From positions 6,232 to 70,231 of the forward strand of contig CAZVWR010000006.1 of the NCBI GenBank assembly GCA_964630905.1: a stretch of DNA of 64,000 nucleotides, given 5' to 3'. The translations under genes and the position numbers were made by a program. This stretch comes from an uncultured Spirochaetales bacterium. Its GTDB lineage: Bacteria; UBP6; UBA1177. Positions 28,132 through 37,790 of this stretch are shown here, piece after piece. Numbering within the stretch: position 1 is the first letter of the stretch; each line of letters starts with the position of its first letter. The notes beneath the pieces are model-generated. The model saw nothing but the letters and a program-made list of their open reading frames with translations. It made no database searches and was not told the DNA's origin.

Positions 28132-28186
28132 CCAAACCCCTAAATCAATTCCACTTTTTTCAGTTTTCTGGCGAGTAAATTAATTC
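28132..28186. repeat. 55-bp direct repeat, copy B, downstream of the higBA-like cassette
   Basis: CCAAACCCCTAAATCAATTCCACTTTTTTCAGTTTTCTGGCGAGTAAATTAATTC. An extra partial copy ACCACCCTAACATCTAAAT lies at 28091-28109. Confidence 0.7.
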
Positions 28187-28275
28187 AATATCATATCTCA
28201 AATCTGCATTGTTTTTTGACACCTTAATCCACTGAAGCTATACTCCGTTGCAATAGTTTTTAGGGATGTTTTGTC

Positions 28276-31200
28276 ATGCATCAGTTCATCAGAATAACAA
28301 ACGGTTGTGAGAACAATCTGAAAAATGTGAATGTTGAGATAGAAAAAGGGAAGTTCACGGTTGTTACGGGAGTTTCGGGAAGCGGTAAATCATCGTTGGT
28401 TTATGACACAATATTCAAGGAATCTCAGCGGTTATACTTTTCTACATTTCCAAGCTGGAGCAGAAAATATCTCGGTGTCGCAAACCGCCCGAAAGCTGAT
28501 TCAATTACAGGTCTTGATGCTGCAATTGCGATAGATCAGAAAAGTTCTGTTTCAAATCCGAAGTCGACTGTCGGAACTTTTTCAGGGATTTATGATCATC
28601 TGCGGCTCCTTTTCGCAAGGTTTGGAAGTGATGGAGTTCAAACAGGCGGTTTTTCCCGTTCACTTTTTTCATTCAATCTCGAAAAAGGATGGTGTGAAAA
28701 GTGCAAAGGTTTCGGTGTTGAAGATTTTCTTGACCCTGATCTCATTGTTGCAGAGTGGTCAAAATCGGTTAGAGAGCGGGCGTTGAAGATAACAGCACCA
28801 AACGGATACATCATCTATTCACAGGTGACTCTTGAAGTGCTTGACACAGTTTTCAAAGAGCACGGTTTTTCAATTGACACTCCGCTTGATCAACTGACTG
28901 AAGAACAGCTCAATGTCATGTTCTACGGCTCAGACCGGATAAAAGTGCCGTTTGGAAAGCACACTCTTGAAAGCAGGATGAAATGGACAGGCATCACAGT
29001 AAAACCAAGAGAAGAGGGGTTCTATCCCGGTTTCATTAATGTTATGAACGACATTTTAAAAAGAGACCGCAACGCAAATATCTTAAGATTCGTCCGGTCA
29101 GTTCCGTGTTCAGAGTGCAACGGGTCGCGACTTAACCCGAAAGTGCTCAAAGTGCTTTACAGATCAAGGAACATTGCTGAAATTGCCGACATGACTTTTG
29201 TGAAACTTGTTGAATTTCTTGAAGGTGTTGAAATAAAGAACGATGGTGAAAAAACACTTGTGCGGCAGATAGAAAAAATGGTAAAAACACTTATAAATTC
29301 AGGGCTTTCGTATCTTACTCTTTCGAGGACGGCAGACTCTCTTTCATCAGGCGAAGTTCAGCGGATCAGGATATCAGCGTTATCGGAAAGTGCCATTCGC
29401 GGGGCAACTTTTATTTTTGATGAACCCACTGCCGGTCTTCACGGTTTAGAATCGGGAGCGGTGATCGAACTCATTAAAAAGATAAGAGATAACGGCAACA
29501 CAGTGATAGCAGTCGAGCACGATATCAATACAATTCTCAATGCCGACAACATAATTGAAACAGGCCCCGGCGGTGGAGTCAACGGCGGAAACATAATCTT
29601 TTCAGGCAGTTTGCACGATTTTTGTGCCTTTGGGAAAGATATTATCTCTCCGACATTAAGAGCAATGCTTGAAAAAAGAGTTCCAAACGATACTGCATCT
29701 GAAAAAGATGAAATGATTCTAAGCAATTGCAACATTAATAATCTTGAAAATGTGACAGCGGTATTTAAGTCAGGTTCCATAAATGCGATATGCGGTGTAA
29801 GCGGATCGGGAAAGCGGTCGCTGATGAATTGTCTGATCGCAAAATTTGAAAAAGAATCAGCACCTTACATAAAGATAGACAGAACTCCGATAGGCAGAAC
29901 TCCGAGATCAAACCCTGCAACTTACACCGGAATAAGTGACAAAATAAGAGACATTTTCGCGTCACTCGTTTCATCAAAAAAAGCGAATCTTACAAAAAGC
30001 CATTTCTCTTTTAATTCTGAAGTGGGCAGATGCCCAAAATGTGAAGGGGCTGGAGTGATAGAAATAGGAATGAAATTCATGGGTTCTGTCAGAACAGTTT
30101 GTGAACTATGCAATGGAAAAAGATTCAACGATGAAGTTCTGAAAGTAAAATATAAAGATAAGACAATTTCAGATGTGCTGGATTTGTCAGTTGAAGAAGC
30201 CATTGAATTCTTTAAGGAATATCCTCAAATTGCAAAAACGCTCAAGATCCTTGATGATCTTGGCACAGGGTATCTTAAATTAGGACAGACATCTTCATCT
30301 CTTTCGGGCGGAGAAGCGCAGAGAATTAAACTCGCCACACACCTTTCAAAAGCAAAAAGGGGAGGAAATATTCTTTTTGAAGAGCCGTCATCGGGTCTTC
30401 ACTCTCTGGATGTGAAAAAACTCATCTGCGTACTTAAATCAAATATCAGCGAAGGTGATACAATATTTGCCATAGAAAACAATCCCTGCTTTATCATCGA
30501 AAGCGGTCACATCGTTGAACTCGGTCCGGATAGCGGTGAAAATGGAGGTGAAATCGTTTTTTCAGGAAGTCCGCAGGATCTGCTTGAGAAAGGATCGACT
30601 AAAACAGCAGAAGTCATCAGAAACTTTGTCAATAACAGCATGATGTTGACTGGTGTCGGGAATCATCACGATAACTATCTGGAAAAATTGGAGAATGATC
30701 TTGTTATAGAAGGGATTGAAACAAATAACCTTAAAAATATCACGCTGAGAATAAAGACGGGGAAGCTCAATGTTGTTGCGGGGGTTTCAGGCAGCGGCAA
30801 GACAAGTCTTTGTTTTGACACACTTTTTACTGAGTGCATAAACAGTTTTCTTGAAGGTGTTTCACCTTATGTCAAAACACAGATACTTAAAAAAAGAACT
30901 GATGAGATTTCAAAAAGTGAAGGGTTGATGGCACCTGTGGGGATTTCGGGGAAATTTACTGCAACAGGGGTCAGATCTACAGCCGGCACAGTCAGCGGAC
31001 TTTATGAGATACTCAGAATGCTCTATTCAAGGGCAGGAAAAAATAAAACCGGTGAGCCGTGCAGATTTTCGGCAGGGGACTTTTCATTTAATTCTGAAAC
31101 AGGGTCATGTGAAAAATGTCACGGAACAGCGGTAATTCTGCAGACAGACATAAAAAAAATTGTCACAAATCCTGAAAAGTCTTTCATCAACGGAGCCATA

Positions 31201-32961
31201 GACGGAACAAAGCAGGGAAAATTTTATGGTGAGGCATCGGGTCAGTTTGTTCACACCCTCATTGCAGCAGGGAATGAACTGAACATTGATTTTTCAAGGC
31301 CGGTTGCGGAACTTTCTGAAAATGAATTGAATATTGCTCTTTTTGGAGTTGCCGACAGAGAGTTTGCAGTTTCATGGCATTTTAAGAGGGGTACAGTTGA
31401 GGGGACTCACAATTTCAAAGGAAAGTGGACAGGGTTTGCAAATCTCATAACTGATGAATTTTACAGGTCAATCGGCAATAAAAATGAAAGTGTATTAAGA
31501 GATCTGATGGAAGAGGTCGTCTGTCCTGAATGTAATGGAAAGCGACTGAAAAAGGAACTGCTTGAAGTTGAATTTGCTAAAACTGAAGTTGCAGCGATAA
31601 ACAGTTTTTCAGCGATAGAATTAAAAAAGTTCATTGATAACGGACTGAATATGACAGAGCTTGAAAAAGCTGTTTTAAATACGCTGAAACCCGAAATGGA
31701 AAGCATACTCAACCGTCTGATAAAACTGGGACTTTCCCACATCTCAATTGACAGGGCAACTTCGACGATGTCACTTGGTGAAAGAGAACGGCTGAAGCTC
31801 GCAAAGAGCTGTCACGACGGACTGACAAACATAATTTACATAATTGATGAGCCGTCAAGAGGGGTAAGTGTAAAAGAGAGTGAAAATCTTGTTTCAATTC
31901 TGCGTGAGCTTACTGAAAAAGGGAACACAGTTGTTGCTGTGGAGCATGAGCCGGCAGTTATAAAATCGGCCGATCACATAATTGAACTTGGACCGGGATC
32001 GGGTCAGAAAGGGGGCGAGATCATTTTTGAAGGAACGGTTGAAAAACTCCTTGAAAAAGAGACTCCCACAGCTTTATCGCTCAAGTTCGTTCCCGAAAAA
32101 AGGATGTTGCATCTATCTGAATTTATTGAATTTAAAGTTGATGGTCCAAGAAATATTAAAAAGTTTGACCTCAAAATTCCATTAAAAGCGACAACTGTCA
32201 TCACAGGAGTTTCAGGAAGCGGCAAGACAACACTTTTAAAGGAAGTGATAGCGAAACGACTTGCATGCAAAGAAATTTTCTATAGCGAAAACCGTCCATT
32301 TCTGAGTACAACAAAACTTTCAACTGTTGCAACGATCACCGGCTTAAGCGATCTTGTTAAGAAGAAATTCGGCAAAGGTTTTAAAATAACTAAAGATAAT
32401 CTCTGCAAAAACTGCGGAGGGAGCGGTTACACAACTGTTTCACTTGATTATATCAGCGATTCTGAATCTCTCTGTCCTGATTGTGAAGGTTCCGGATACC
32501 GTGGCGATATACTCAATCAGAAATATAGAGGAAAGAACATATATGAACTCCTTTCAATGGAAGTCGATACAGCTCTCAAATTTTTTGCTGATGATAGCAA
32601 GATCATGAAAATATTGAATATTATGAATGACTGCGGACTCGGTTATCTCCATCTTGATCAGCAGACGAATTCCCTTTCAACAGGAGAAGTTCAGCGGCTT
32701 TCGCTTGCCGTCACCCTTTCAAAGTTTCTCCTGGGAAATGATTCAGAAAACAAGTTCTTTTTATTTGACGAACCGTCAACAGGACTCCATTTTTCAGACA
32801 TCACGCATCTGCTCAAGCTTTTCAGATCACTCAATGAAAAAGGGCACACAGTCATAATTGCAGAACATCGAAGTCAGATAATTCAAAATGCAGACTATAT
32901 CGTTGAACTCGGACCCGGAAGCGGCAAAGAGGGCGGGGAACTGCTTAATCAATCTACTTAA
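28276..32961 (+). CDS. tandem-duplicated UvrA-like ABC ATPase (two complete UvrA-type units fused, 1561 aa)
   Basis: Four Walker A motifs (GVSGSGKSSL, GVSGSGKRSL, GVSGSGKTSL, GVSGSGKTTL). Four ABC signature/Walker B pairs (LSSGEVQR..FIFDEPTAGLH, LSGGEAQR..LFEEPSSGLH, MSLGERER..IIDEPSRGV, LSTGEVQR..LFDEPSTGLH). UvrA hallmark PIGRTPRSNPATYTG. Several Cys-x2-Cys zinc modules. Confidence 0.8.
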   Translation: MHQFIRITNGCENNLKNVNVEIEKGKFTVVTGVSGSGKSSLVYDTIFKESQRLYFSTFPSWSRKYLGVANRPKADSITGLDAAIAIDQKSSVSNPKSTVGTFSGIYDHLRLLFARFGSDGVQTGGFSRSLFSFNLEKGWCEKCKGFGVEDFLDPDLIVAEWSKSVRERALKITAPNGYIIYSQVTLEVLDTVFKEHGFSIDTPLDQLTEEQLNVMFYGSDRIKVPFGKHTLESRMKWTGITVKPREEGFYPGFINVMNDILKRDRNANILRFVRSVPCSECNGSRLNPKVLKVLYRSRNIAEIADMTFVKLVEFLEGVEIKNDGEKTLVRQIEKMVKTLINSGLSYLTLSRTADSLSSGEVQRIRISALSESAIRGATFIFDEPTAGLHGLESGAVIELIKKIRDNGNTVIAVEHDINTILNADNIIETGPGGGVNGGNIIFSGSLHDFCAFGKDIISPTLRAMLEKRVPNDTASEKDEMILSNCNINNLENVTAVFKSGSINAICGVSGSGKRSLMNCLIAKFEKESAPYIKIDRTPIGRTPRSNPATYTGISDKIRDIFASLVSSKKANLTKSHFSFNSEVGRCPKCEGAGVIEIGMKFMGSVRTVCELCNGKRFNDEVLKVKYKDKTISDVLDLSVEEAIEFFKEYPQIAKTLKILDDLGTGYLKLGQTSSSLSGGEAQRIKLATHLSKAKRGGNILFEEPSSGLHSLDVKKLICVLKSNISEGDTIFAIENNPCFIIESGHIVELGPDSGENGGEIVFSGSPQDLLEKGSTKTAEVIRNFVNNSMMLTGVGNHHDNYLEKLENDLVIEGIETNNLKNITLRIKTGKLNVVAGVSGSGKTSLCFDTLFTECINSFLEGVSPYVKTQILKKRTDEISKSEGLMAPVGISGKFTATGVRSTAGTVSGLYEILRMLYSRAGKNKTGEPCRFSAGDFSFNSETGSCEKCHGTAVILQTDIKKIVTNPEKSFINGAIDGTKQGKFYGEASGQFVHTLIAAGNELNIDFSRPVAELSENELNIALFGVADREFAVSWHFKRGTVEGTHNFKGKWTGFANLITDEFYRSIGNKNESVLRDLMEEVVCPECNGKRLKKELLEVEFAKTEVAAINSFSAIELKKFIDNGLNMTELEKAVLNTLKPEMESILNRLIKLGLSHISIDRATSTMSLGERERLKLAKSCHDGLTNIIYIIDEPSRGVSVKESENLVSILRELTEKGNTVVAVEHEPAVIKSADHIIELGPGSGQKGGEIIFEGTVEKLLEKETPTALSLKFVPEKRMLHLSEFIEFKVDGPRNIKKFDLKIPLKATTVITGVSGSGKTTLLKEVIAKRLACKEIFYSENRPFLSTTKLSTVATITGLSDLVKKKFGKGFKITKDNLCKNCGGSGYTTVSLDYISDSESLCPDCEGSGYRGDILNQKYRGKNIYELLSMEVDTALKFFADDSKIMKILNIMNDCGLGYLHLDQQTNSLSTGEVQRLSLAVTLSKFLLGNDSENKFFLFDEPSTGLHFSDITHLLKLFRSLNEKGHTVIIAEHRSQIIQNADYIVELGPGSGKEGGELLNQST

Positions 32962-33589
32962 ATGTGATCTGTATATCTTTTATATTCTCAATGTTATTTG
33001 CCTTTATGACTTCAGGTGTTTCACTTATCTGGATCTTTGCGGTGGTGGATTTTGAGCTGAAATTCGTTTCGTTCAGTTCAAAATAGACATTATAAATTCC
33101 ATTCTCTGCGGGTTGGAAGGCTATGTCATCGATTTTCCAGGTCAATTCGGGCACATGGTTATGGTTCATTCTTGATGCACCGGTTACTGCATCAACCATT
33201 CCGTTACTTCCGTAATTTGATTTTGATGCCCATCTCTGCAGTTTGCTTTTGTAATTGCGTGCCCAGGCACCGAGAGTCTGAATATAACTCCCGTCCTCTT
33301 TTTCTATCCATACAGCAAAAACATTTCTGGGTGCATACTGTCCGTTGTAGCTGGTTGTAGTAACGGTCAGGGACATCGTTACCGGAGTCGGAGTGTTGTT
33401 TTCATCAGGCACAACGGTTTCATCAGGCACAGCAGCTTCATCGGGTGTAACTGTATTATCAGGCGTAACTGTTTCATCAGATATAGCGGTTTCATCGGGA
33501 GTAACTGTTGCCTTGTCGGTACGATCAAAATTGTCACAACCGGCAAAAATTACAGTAAGCAGAGAAATTAGTATGAGCTGATTTCTCAT
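32954..33589 (-). CDS. lipoprotein with a Thr/Pro/Asp-rich repeat linker and a C-terminal domain of unknown function
   Basis: Lipobox IFAGCDN. The repeats are TPDETAISDETVTPDNTVTPDEAAVPDETVVPDENNTP. The last gene of the minus-strand operon. Its 3' end overlaps the UvrA-like gene by 8 bp. Confidence 0.5.
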   Translation of the reverse strand: MRNQLILISLLTVIFAGCDNFDRTDKATVTPDETAISDETVTPDNTVTPDEAAVPDETVVPDENNTPTPVTMSLTVTTTSYNGQYAPRNVFAVWIEKEDGSYIQTLGAWARNYKSKLQRWASKSNYGSNGMVDAVTGASRMNHNHVPELTWKIDDIAFQPAENGIYNVYFELNETNFSSKSTTAKIQISETPEVIKANNIENIKDIQITFK

Positions 33590-33612
33590 TTTTTACTCCG
33601 TATAATTCGGGT

Positions 33613-34587
33613 TTATTTAAATATATGTCCGATCCTTTTTAAACGGAGGTCAATGACATCAAGAATGCTTTCGCCAAACTGAACTGAAAACCAGACAAAT
33701 AGCGGTTTTCCCTGAAGGTTTTCTCTCGGGACAAATCCCCAGTATCTGCTGTCAAGACTGTCATCACGGTTATCACCCATGACGAAATAATTTCTTTGCG
33801 GGACTGTGAACGATCTGTTGCAGTATTTGCAGTACTGCTCGATCTCTTCTCTTCTCTGCTCGTTTATCGCATCGTTATAGATCACTTTATACTGTCTGCC
33901 GTTCTCATTTGTTTCAATGAACTGCGTTGTTGTTGCTTTTTCGCCTCTTGATGAGGTGTAGGTCACTTTGCCTGAAAATTCCCTGATGAGCTTTTTCCCG
34001 TTCACATAGACATCTGTTCCGCTTAGAAGGATGGTGTCTCCGGGAATCCCGACAACTCTTTTAACGAGTGCTTTTTTCTGCGGTTCCGGCTCAGTGAAAG
34101 TGATTATTTCGCCCCTTTGCGGATCTGAAAACTCAACGAACTGATTTTCAGCGAAAGGAAGTGTAAGACCGTAAACGAACATTGCCACAAAAAGATTATC
34201 GCCTATTTCGATTGTATTTACCATACTTCCCGTCGGAACGCGGTATGAACCGATCACAAAGAATTTAAGTACAAGTGCAATGAGAACAACAAGCCACAGT
34301 TCATCAAAAAGCTCGGCGAGTGCGTTCTGTTTATATTTGTCAAAATGGAGCTTGAAGTTGTGATCTATGTCATAAAGCAGTTTCTGTGCATCTTCGAGCT
34401 TCGCATGTCCTGTCTGGTGTTTTCTTATAAGTTCTTCCGTTGATTCAAGATTTGAAACAATGCGCTTTTCGACAGTTTCAGGCAGAAGTTTCCGTTTCTT
34501 CTTTATCCAGCCCATCTGCCTTTGTCTATTCTGGATCTTTTTAATCAGCTTGTTGAGTTTCATTTTTGTAAACATCACCGCCTCCAA
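33613..34587 (-). CDS. lepB: signal peptidase I with an unusually long basic cytoplasmic N-terminal extension
   Basis: Catalytic Ser box GSMVNTI and box E YFVMGDNRDDSLDSRYWGFVP. A single TM segment (LWLVVLIALVLKFFVIG) is preceded by about 95 charged residues. Confidence 0.85.
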   Translation of the reverse strand: MEAVMFTKMKLNKLIKKIQNRQRQMGWIKKKRKLLPETVEKRIVSNLESTEELIRKHQTGHAKLEDAQKLLYDIDHNFKLHFDKYKQNALAELFDELWLVVLIALVLKFFVIGSYRVPTGSMVNTIEIGDNLFVAMFVYGLTLPFAENQFVEFSDPQRGEIITFTEPEPQKKALVKRVVGIPGDTILLSGTDVYVNGKKLIREFSGKVTYTSSRGEKATTTQFIETNENGRQYKVIYNDAINEQRREEIEQYCKYCNRSFTVPQRNYFVMGDNRDDSLDSRYWGFVPRENLQGKPLFVWFSVQFGESILDVIDLRLKRIGHIFK

Positions 34588-34641
34588 TAAGTACGGTAGA
34601 AAATACCCGAAATCATCTGAATTGCAAGATTATAAACAGAT

Positions 34642-36471
34642 TCAGATCACTGAACAGCCACAGCCGACTTCTTCTTCGTCTTCCGGGATGTTTTCTTTGT
34701 CTGAAGAGGTATCACCGGTGTTTCCTGTGTCGGTGTCATCGTTAGCGCTGTTGCCTGTATCTCCGGTGTTGCCGGTGTCGTCTGGAACTTCAACTTCTCC
34801 TCCGCATGCCATACTTTCAGGTTTGTAGAGCATGTTCTTCACCTTTTTTTCATCCATCGGTTCACAGGTGTTGTCAAAAGTGACTCTCACGGGAAGGCCC
34901 TGATTGGTTTTATATGCCTGTCCTTCGCCTGTTTTTGCATCCCAGATGGAAGCTGAATTGGTAAACGAGGCATTTTTGGGTGCTTCATCAGAAGGTTTTA
35001 CAAGAAATCTCAAAAGTATTCTGTCACAATCTGCCTCATTTTGACAGATATTAAATGATTCTGAGATCTTAAGTCCTGCTTCAAGAGGAAATCCGCCATT
35101 GTCAGAAAAGTCCTTGAAGCATGTTCCGGTTCCGGTTTCATCTATCTGGAAGGTACCGGGGATATAAGACTGTATACCCGAAACAACATCTTTCACCATT
35201 ACCGATTCAGCCGGCTCGTGGCCGTGATTTTCGACAACTATCTGATATCCGAAAATGGTTTTGGGACATACTTTGTCACTCTGGGAGAGGGGAGTGAGGA
35301 TGAACTTTTCGTTTTTCTGCGGAATGTCAAAAGCTGGAAGTCGCGTATCAACAGACAGGATCACATAGTTTGTGAGGACAATATCAGCACCGGTCTTGAT
35401 GTAGAAATTCATGGAGTTCGTGCCGTATTGAAGGTGAGGGTTAAAGATGGAATCGGGAACTTCAGGATCGTACTGAAGAAAAAAAGTATCGACATCAAAT
35501 GAAAGCTCAGTCCTGCATTCGGATTGTTCACCTTTATAATTGATCGTTCTGAACTTGCTGTTAAAAGGCTGATTAAGAGGATTGCATGCCTGATCACCGA
35601 TCTCACCCAGAACAAGAGCAGAAGGAGCAAGACCTCCCTGAAGTTCAAGAGATTCAGGAGCTTTAAGGTAGTCATCTCCGTCACTTGTAACAAATGATAT
35701 TTTTACAGCTGCATTTTCAGGAAGTTCAAAATTTGAGATATTTATGGTGGTCGGATTACTTGTGGTATTTGAGCTCCAGTCCATGCCGCTGTACAGATAG
35801 ATCCGTTTTCTTGCGATCTGCGATGAACCGTAAATGAAAATAAGCTGCCAGCCGCCGATCATACTTGCACTGGAGCAGTATGCGTGATCGATTCCACTTA
35901 ACTGACAGTCGTAGATGTCGTCAACTCCTTTCACATTGTATTCGCCGGTCATGGGCTTTATTTCACCTGAATTGATGTCATACTGCATTTCCCTGATAAT
36001 GTCAGTCACGTCAACTCTGTAAACATAATAGTAGTATTTGGACATGAGTTCGGTTTTATAATATGATTCAAACTCAAAACCCTGCGTGGAAGCTGTATTT
36101 CCCTGCAAAGTCGCAGTAACGGTGTGTTCACTGCCGTCAGGAATTGTAAGCGTTACTGAATTGTCTGTAAGAGCCATTTTGTCTGAATCGTTGACAGAGG
36201 CAAACCAGACTAATATTGCTTTTTCGATTACAGCATCTGCAGGAACATCTGTATCAAGAAGAAAGTCAGAAGCACCCGTTATGCCGATTGAAGTGTCGCC
36301 TTGAGGTTCATACTGAGAATGGTCTGCAGTATCAAGAAGAAGTGATTTTGAAATGATGAAATAATCAAAAGCTCCTTCATATTCCATGATGGGCAAGTTG
36401 CTTATCGGCAGAGCTGAAACTGATAATAATAACAATGTGTTGAGAACAAGTGACTTCGTAAGATTTTTCAT
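34642..36471 (-). CDS. secreted protein of a paralogous family with a DUF11-like C-terminal region, an acidic linker and the C-terminal tag GCGCSVI
   Basis: Signal peptide. It is a paralog of 45943-47910; conserved blocks include AVIEKAILVWFAS, GFEFESYY and DVDTFFLQYD. The C-terminus reads DTGNTGDTSSDKENIPEDEEEVGCGCSVI-COOH. Confidence 0.6.
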   Translation of the reverse strand: MKNLTKSLVLNTLLLLSVSALPISNLPIMEYEGAFDYFIISKSLLLDTADHSQYEPQGDTSIGITGASDFLLDTDVPADAVIEKAILVWFASVNDSDKMALTDNSVTLTIPDGSEHTVTATLQGNTASTQGFEFESYYKTELMSKYYYYVYRVDVTDIIREMQYDINSGEIKPMTGEYNVKGVDDIYDCQLSGIDHAYCSSASMIGGWQLIFIYGSSQIARKRIYLYSGMDWSSNTTSNPTTINISNFELPENAAVKISFVTSDGDDYLKAPESLELQGGLAPSALVLGEIGDQACNPLNQPFNSKFRTINYKGEQSECRTELSFDVDTFFLQYDPEVPDSIFNPHLQYGTNSMNFYIKTGADIVLTNYVILSVDTRLPAFDIPQKNEKFILTPLSQSDKVCPKTIFGYQIVVENHGHEPAESVMVKDVVSGIQSYIPGTFQIDETGTGTCFKDFSDNGGFPLEAGLKISESFNICQNEADCDRILLRFLVKPSDEAPKNASFTNSASIWDAKTGEGQAYKTNQGLPVRVTFDNTCEPMDEKKVKNMLYKPESMACGGEVEVPDDTGNTGDTGNSANDDTDTGNTGDTSSDKENIPEDEEEVGCGCSVI

Positions 36472-36485
36472 TTTTGACCCTCGCT

Positions 36486-37772
36486 TTATTCAACTTTTTC
36501 AAATATTGCAACAGTAACTGTTCCCCATGAATCAGTGAGTTCTTCAACAGAATAGAAAGATATATAAGGCGACGAAACTGAATCGATGGAGATCTTGGGA
36601 TTTATATCGTGACTTTCTGTTCCGAATACTTTTCCGTATAGAAGCCTGGTTGTAGTAGTGTTAAAAATTCCAAGAAAAATGTTGTTCTTTGCCGGAAGAT
36701 CACTGCCGACGGGCGGAATTTTTCCACCTGTAATAAAATCACCTTCAACATATCCGGTTATGTAAATATTCTTTTCAGCATCAAAATCCATACCCGTTGC
36801 GACCGAATCACTTTGAGCCGGAAAGCTGTATATAGCTTTTATTTTTCCATCGAGCCCCATCTGGTAAGTTACAGCAACACTTTTTCCTTCTTTTTTCATG
36901 CTTCCTGTGACAAAGAACGAGTAGATGAGAGGGGCCGATATTTTCCAGAAATTGATCGAATCATACATTTTTTTCCAGTGGGCTGATCCATCAGGCTTAA
37001 ACTTTATTACAAAACCTTTCATGCCACCGGAATCATTGGACGCCCCTCCTGTGACAATATTGCCTCCAGAATAACCTGCCGCAAGAAGATAACCGTCGCT
37101 TCCGATAGTCAGACCCTGAACGGAATCAAATTCCAGTGTGCCGAACTGGGTTATAAACTGTTTTTCCCCTTTATTGTTATATTTTGCGACGAAGCAGTCC
37201 TTTCCACCTGACTCTTCAGTTCCATCAAAAGATCCCTCGACTCTTCCACCGGCAAAAATGTTCATTTCGCTGTCTGTTGTTAGAGCATATACCGAAACTG
37301 ATTTTCCGTTATCGATTTCGATTGTATCTATTAATGTGCCGGTTTCAGGATTAAAGCTCATAACGAATCCTGTCTGGGGAAATTCTGTCCCTTTTGAACG
37401 GTCTCCCCCTGCAAACAGAAAATAGCCGCTTGTCTCTTTATTTCCGCAGGCGAGGACATTTATTGACTGAACTGACTGATCGTCAAGAAATATGCGCCAC
37501 TTTTCTTTTTTGTCCTTAAAACCTGTAAGATAGGCCTTACCATCCGACTCTCCGCAAATGAACACCATTCCGGCACAAGATACAGAATCGCGGACGGTTT
37601 TTTCGTTCAGTTCAGCGGTTTGTAAAGAAAAATCTAAAGAAATTTCTTCATCAGCGATATCAACATCAGCGACATCTTCATCGTTAATTATGTTCCCGTC
37701 ATTTTCGCTGTTGTTATCTTCACAGGAAAATATCAGAGATGTAAAAATAAGGATCATGACAAGATATTTCAT
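36486..37772 (-). CDS. lipoprotein with SBBP-type beta-propeller repeats
   Basis: Lipobox LIFSCEDN. Repeated D.FVAKY..KG / GFVIKFKPDG / GFVMSFNPETG units match the SBBP beta-propeller repeat pattern. Confidence 0.5.
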   Translation of the reverse strand: MKYLVMILIFTSLIFSCEDNNSENDGNIINDEDVADVDIADEEISLDFSLQTAELNEKTVRDSVSCAGMVFICGESDGKAYLTGFKDKKEKWRIFLDDQSVQSINVLACGNKETSGYFLFAGGDRSKGTEFPQTGFVMSFNPETGTLIDTIEIDNGKSVSVYALTTDSEMNIFAGGRVEGSFDGTEESGGKDCFVAKYNNKGEKQFITQFGTLEFDSVQGLTIGSDGYLLAAGYSGGNIVTGGASNDSGGMKGFVIKFKPDGSAHWKKMYDSINFWKISAPLIYSFFVTGSMKKEGKSVAVTYQMGLDGKIKAIYSFPAQSDSVATGMDFDAEKNIYITGYVEGDFITGGKIPPVGSDLPAKNNIFLGIFNTTTTRLLYGKVFGTESHDINPKISIDSVSSPYISFYSVEELTDSWGTVTVAIFEKVE

Positions 37773-37790
37773 TGAAAAACTCCGGAATGT

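Noticed and set aside
34642-34660. Reading the C-terminal CSVI / CSFL as bona fide CaaX prenylation boxes for a host prenyltransferase (effector-like)
   Set aside because: The proteins carry classical Sec signal peptides and extracellular-type domains (DUF11-like, acidic linkers). That fits cell-surface rather than host-cytosol localisation, and the third family member ends CSVTVI, which is not a CaaX box. The resemblance is noted in the finding but not adopted as the interpretation.
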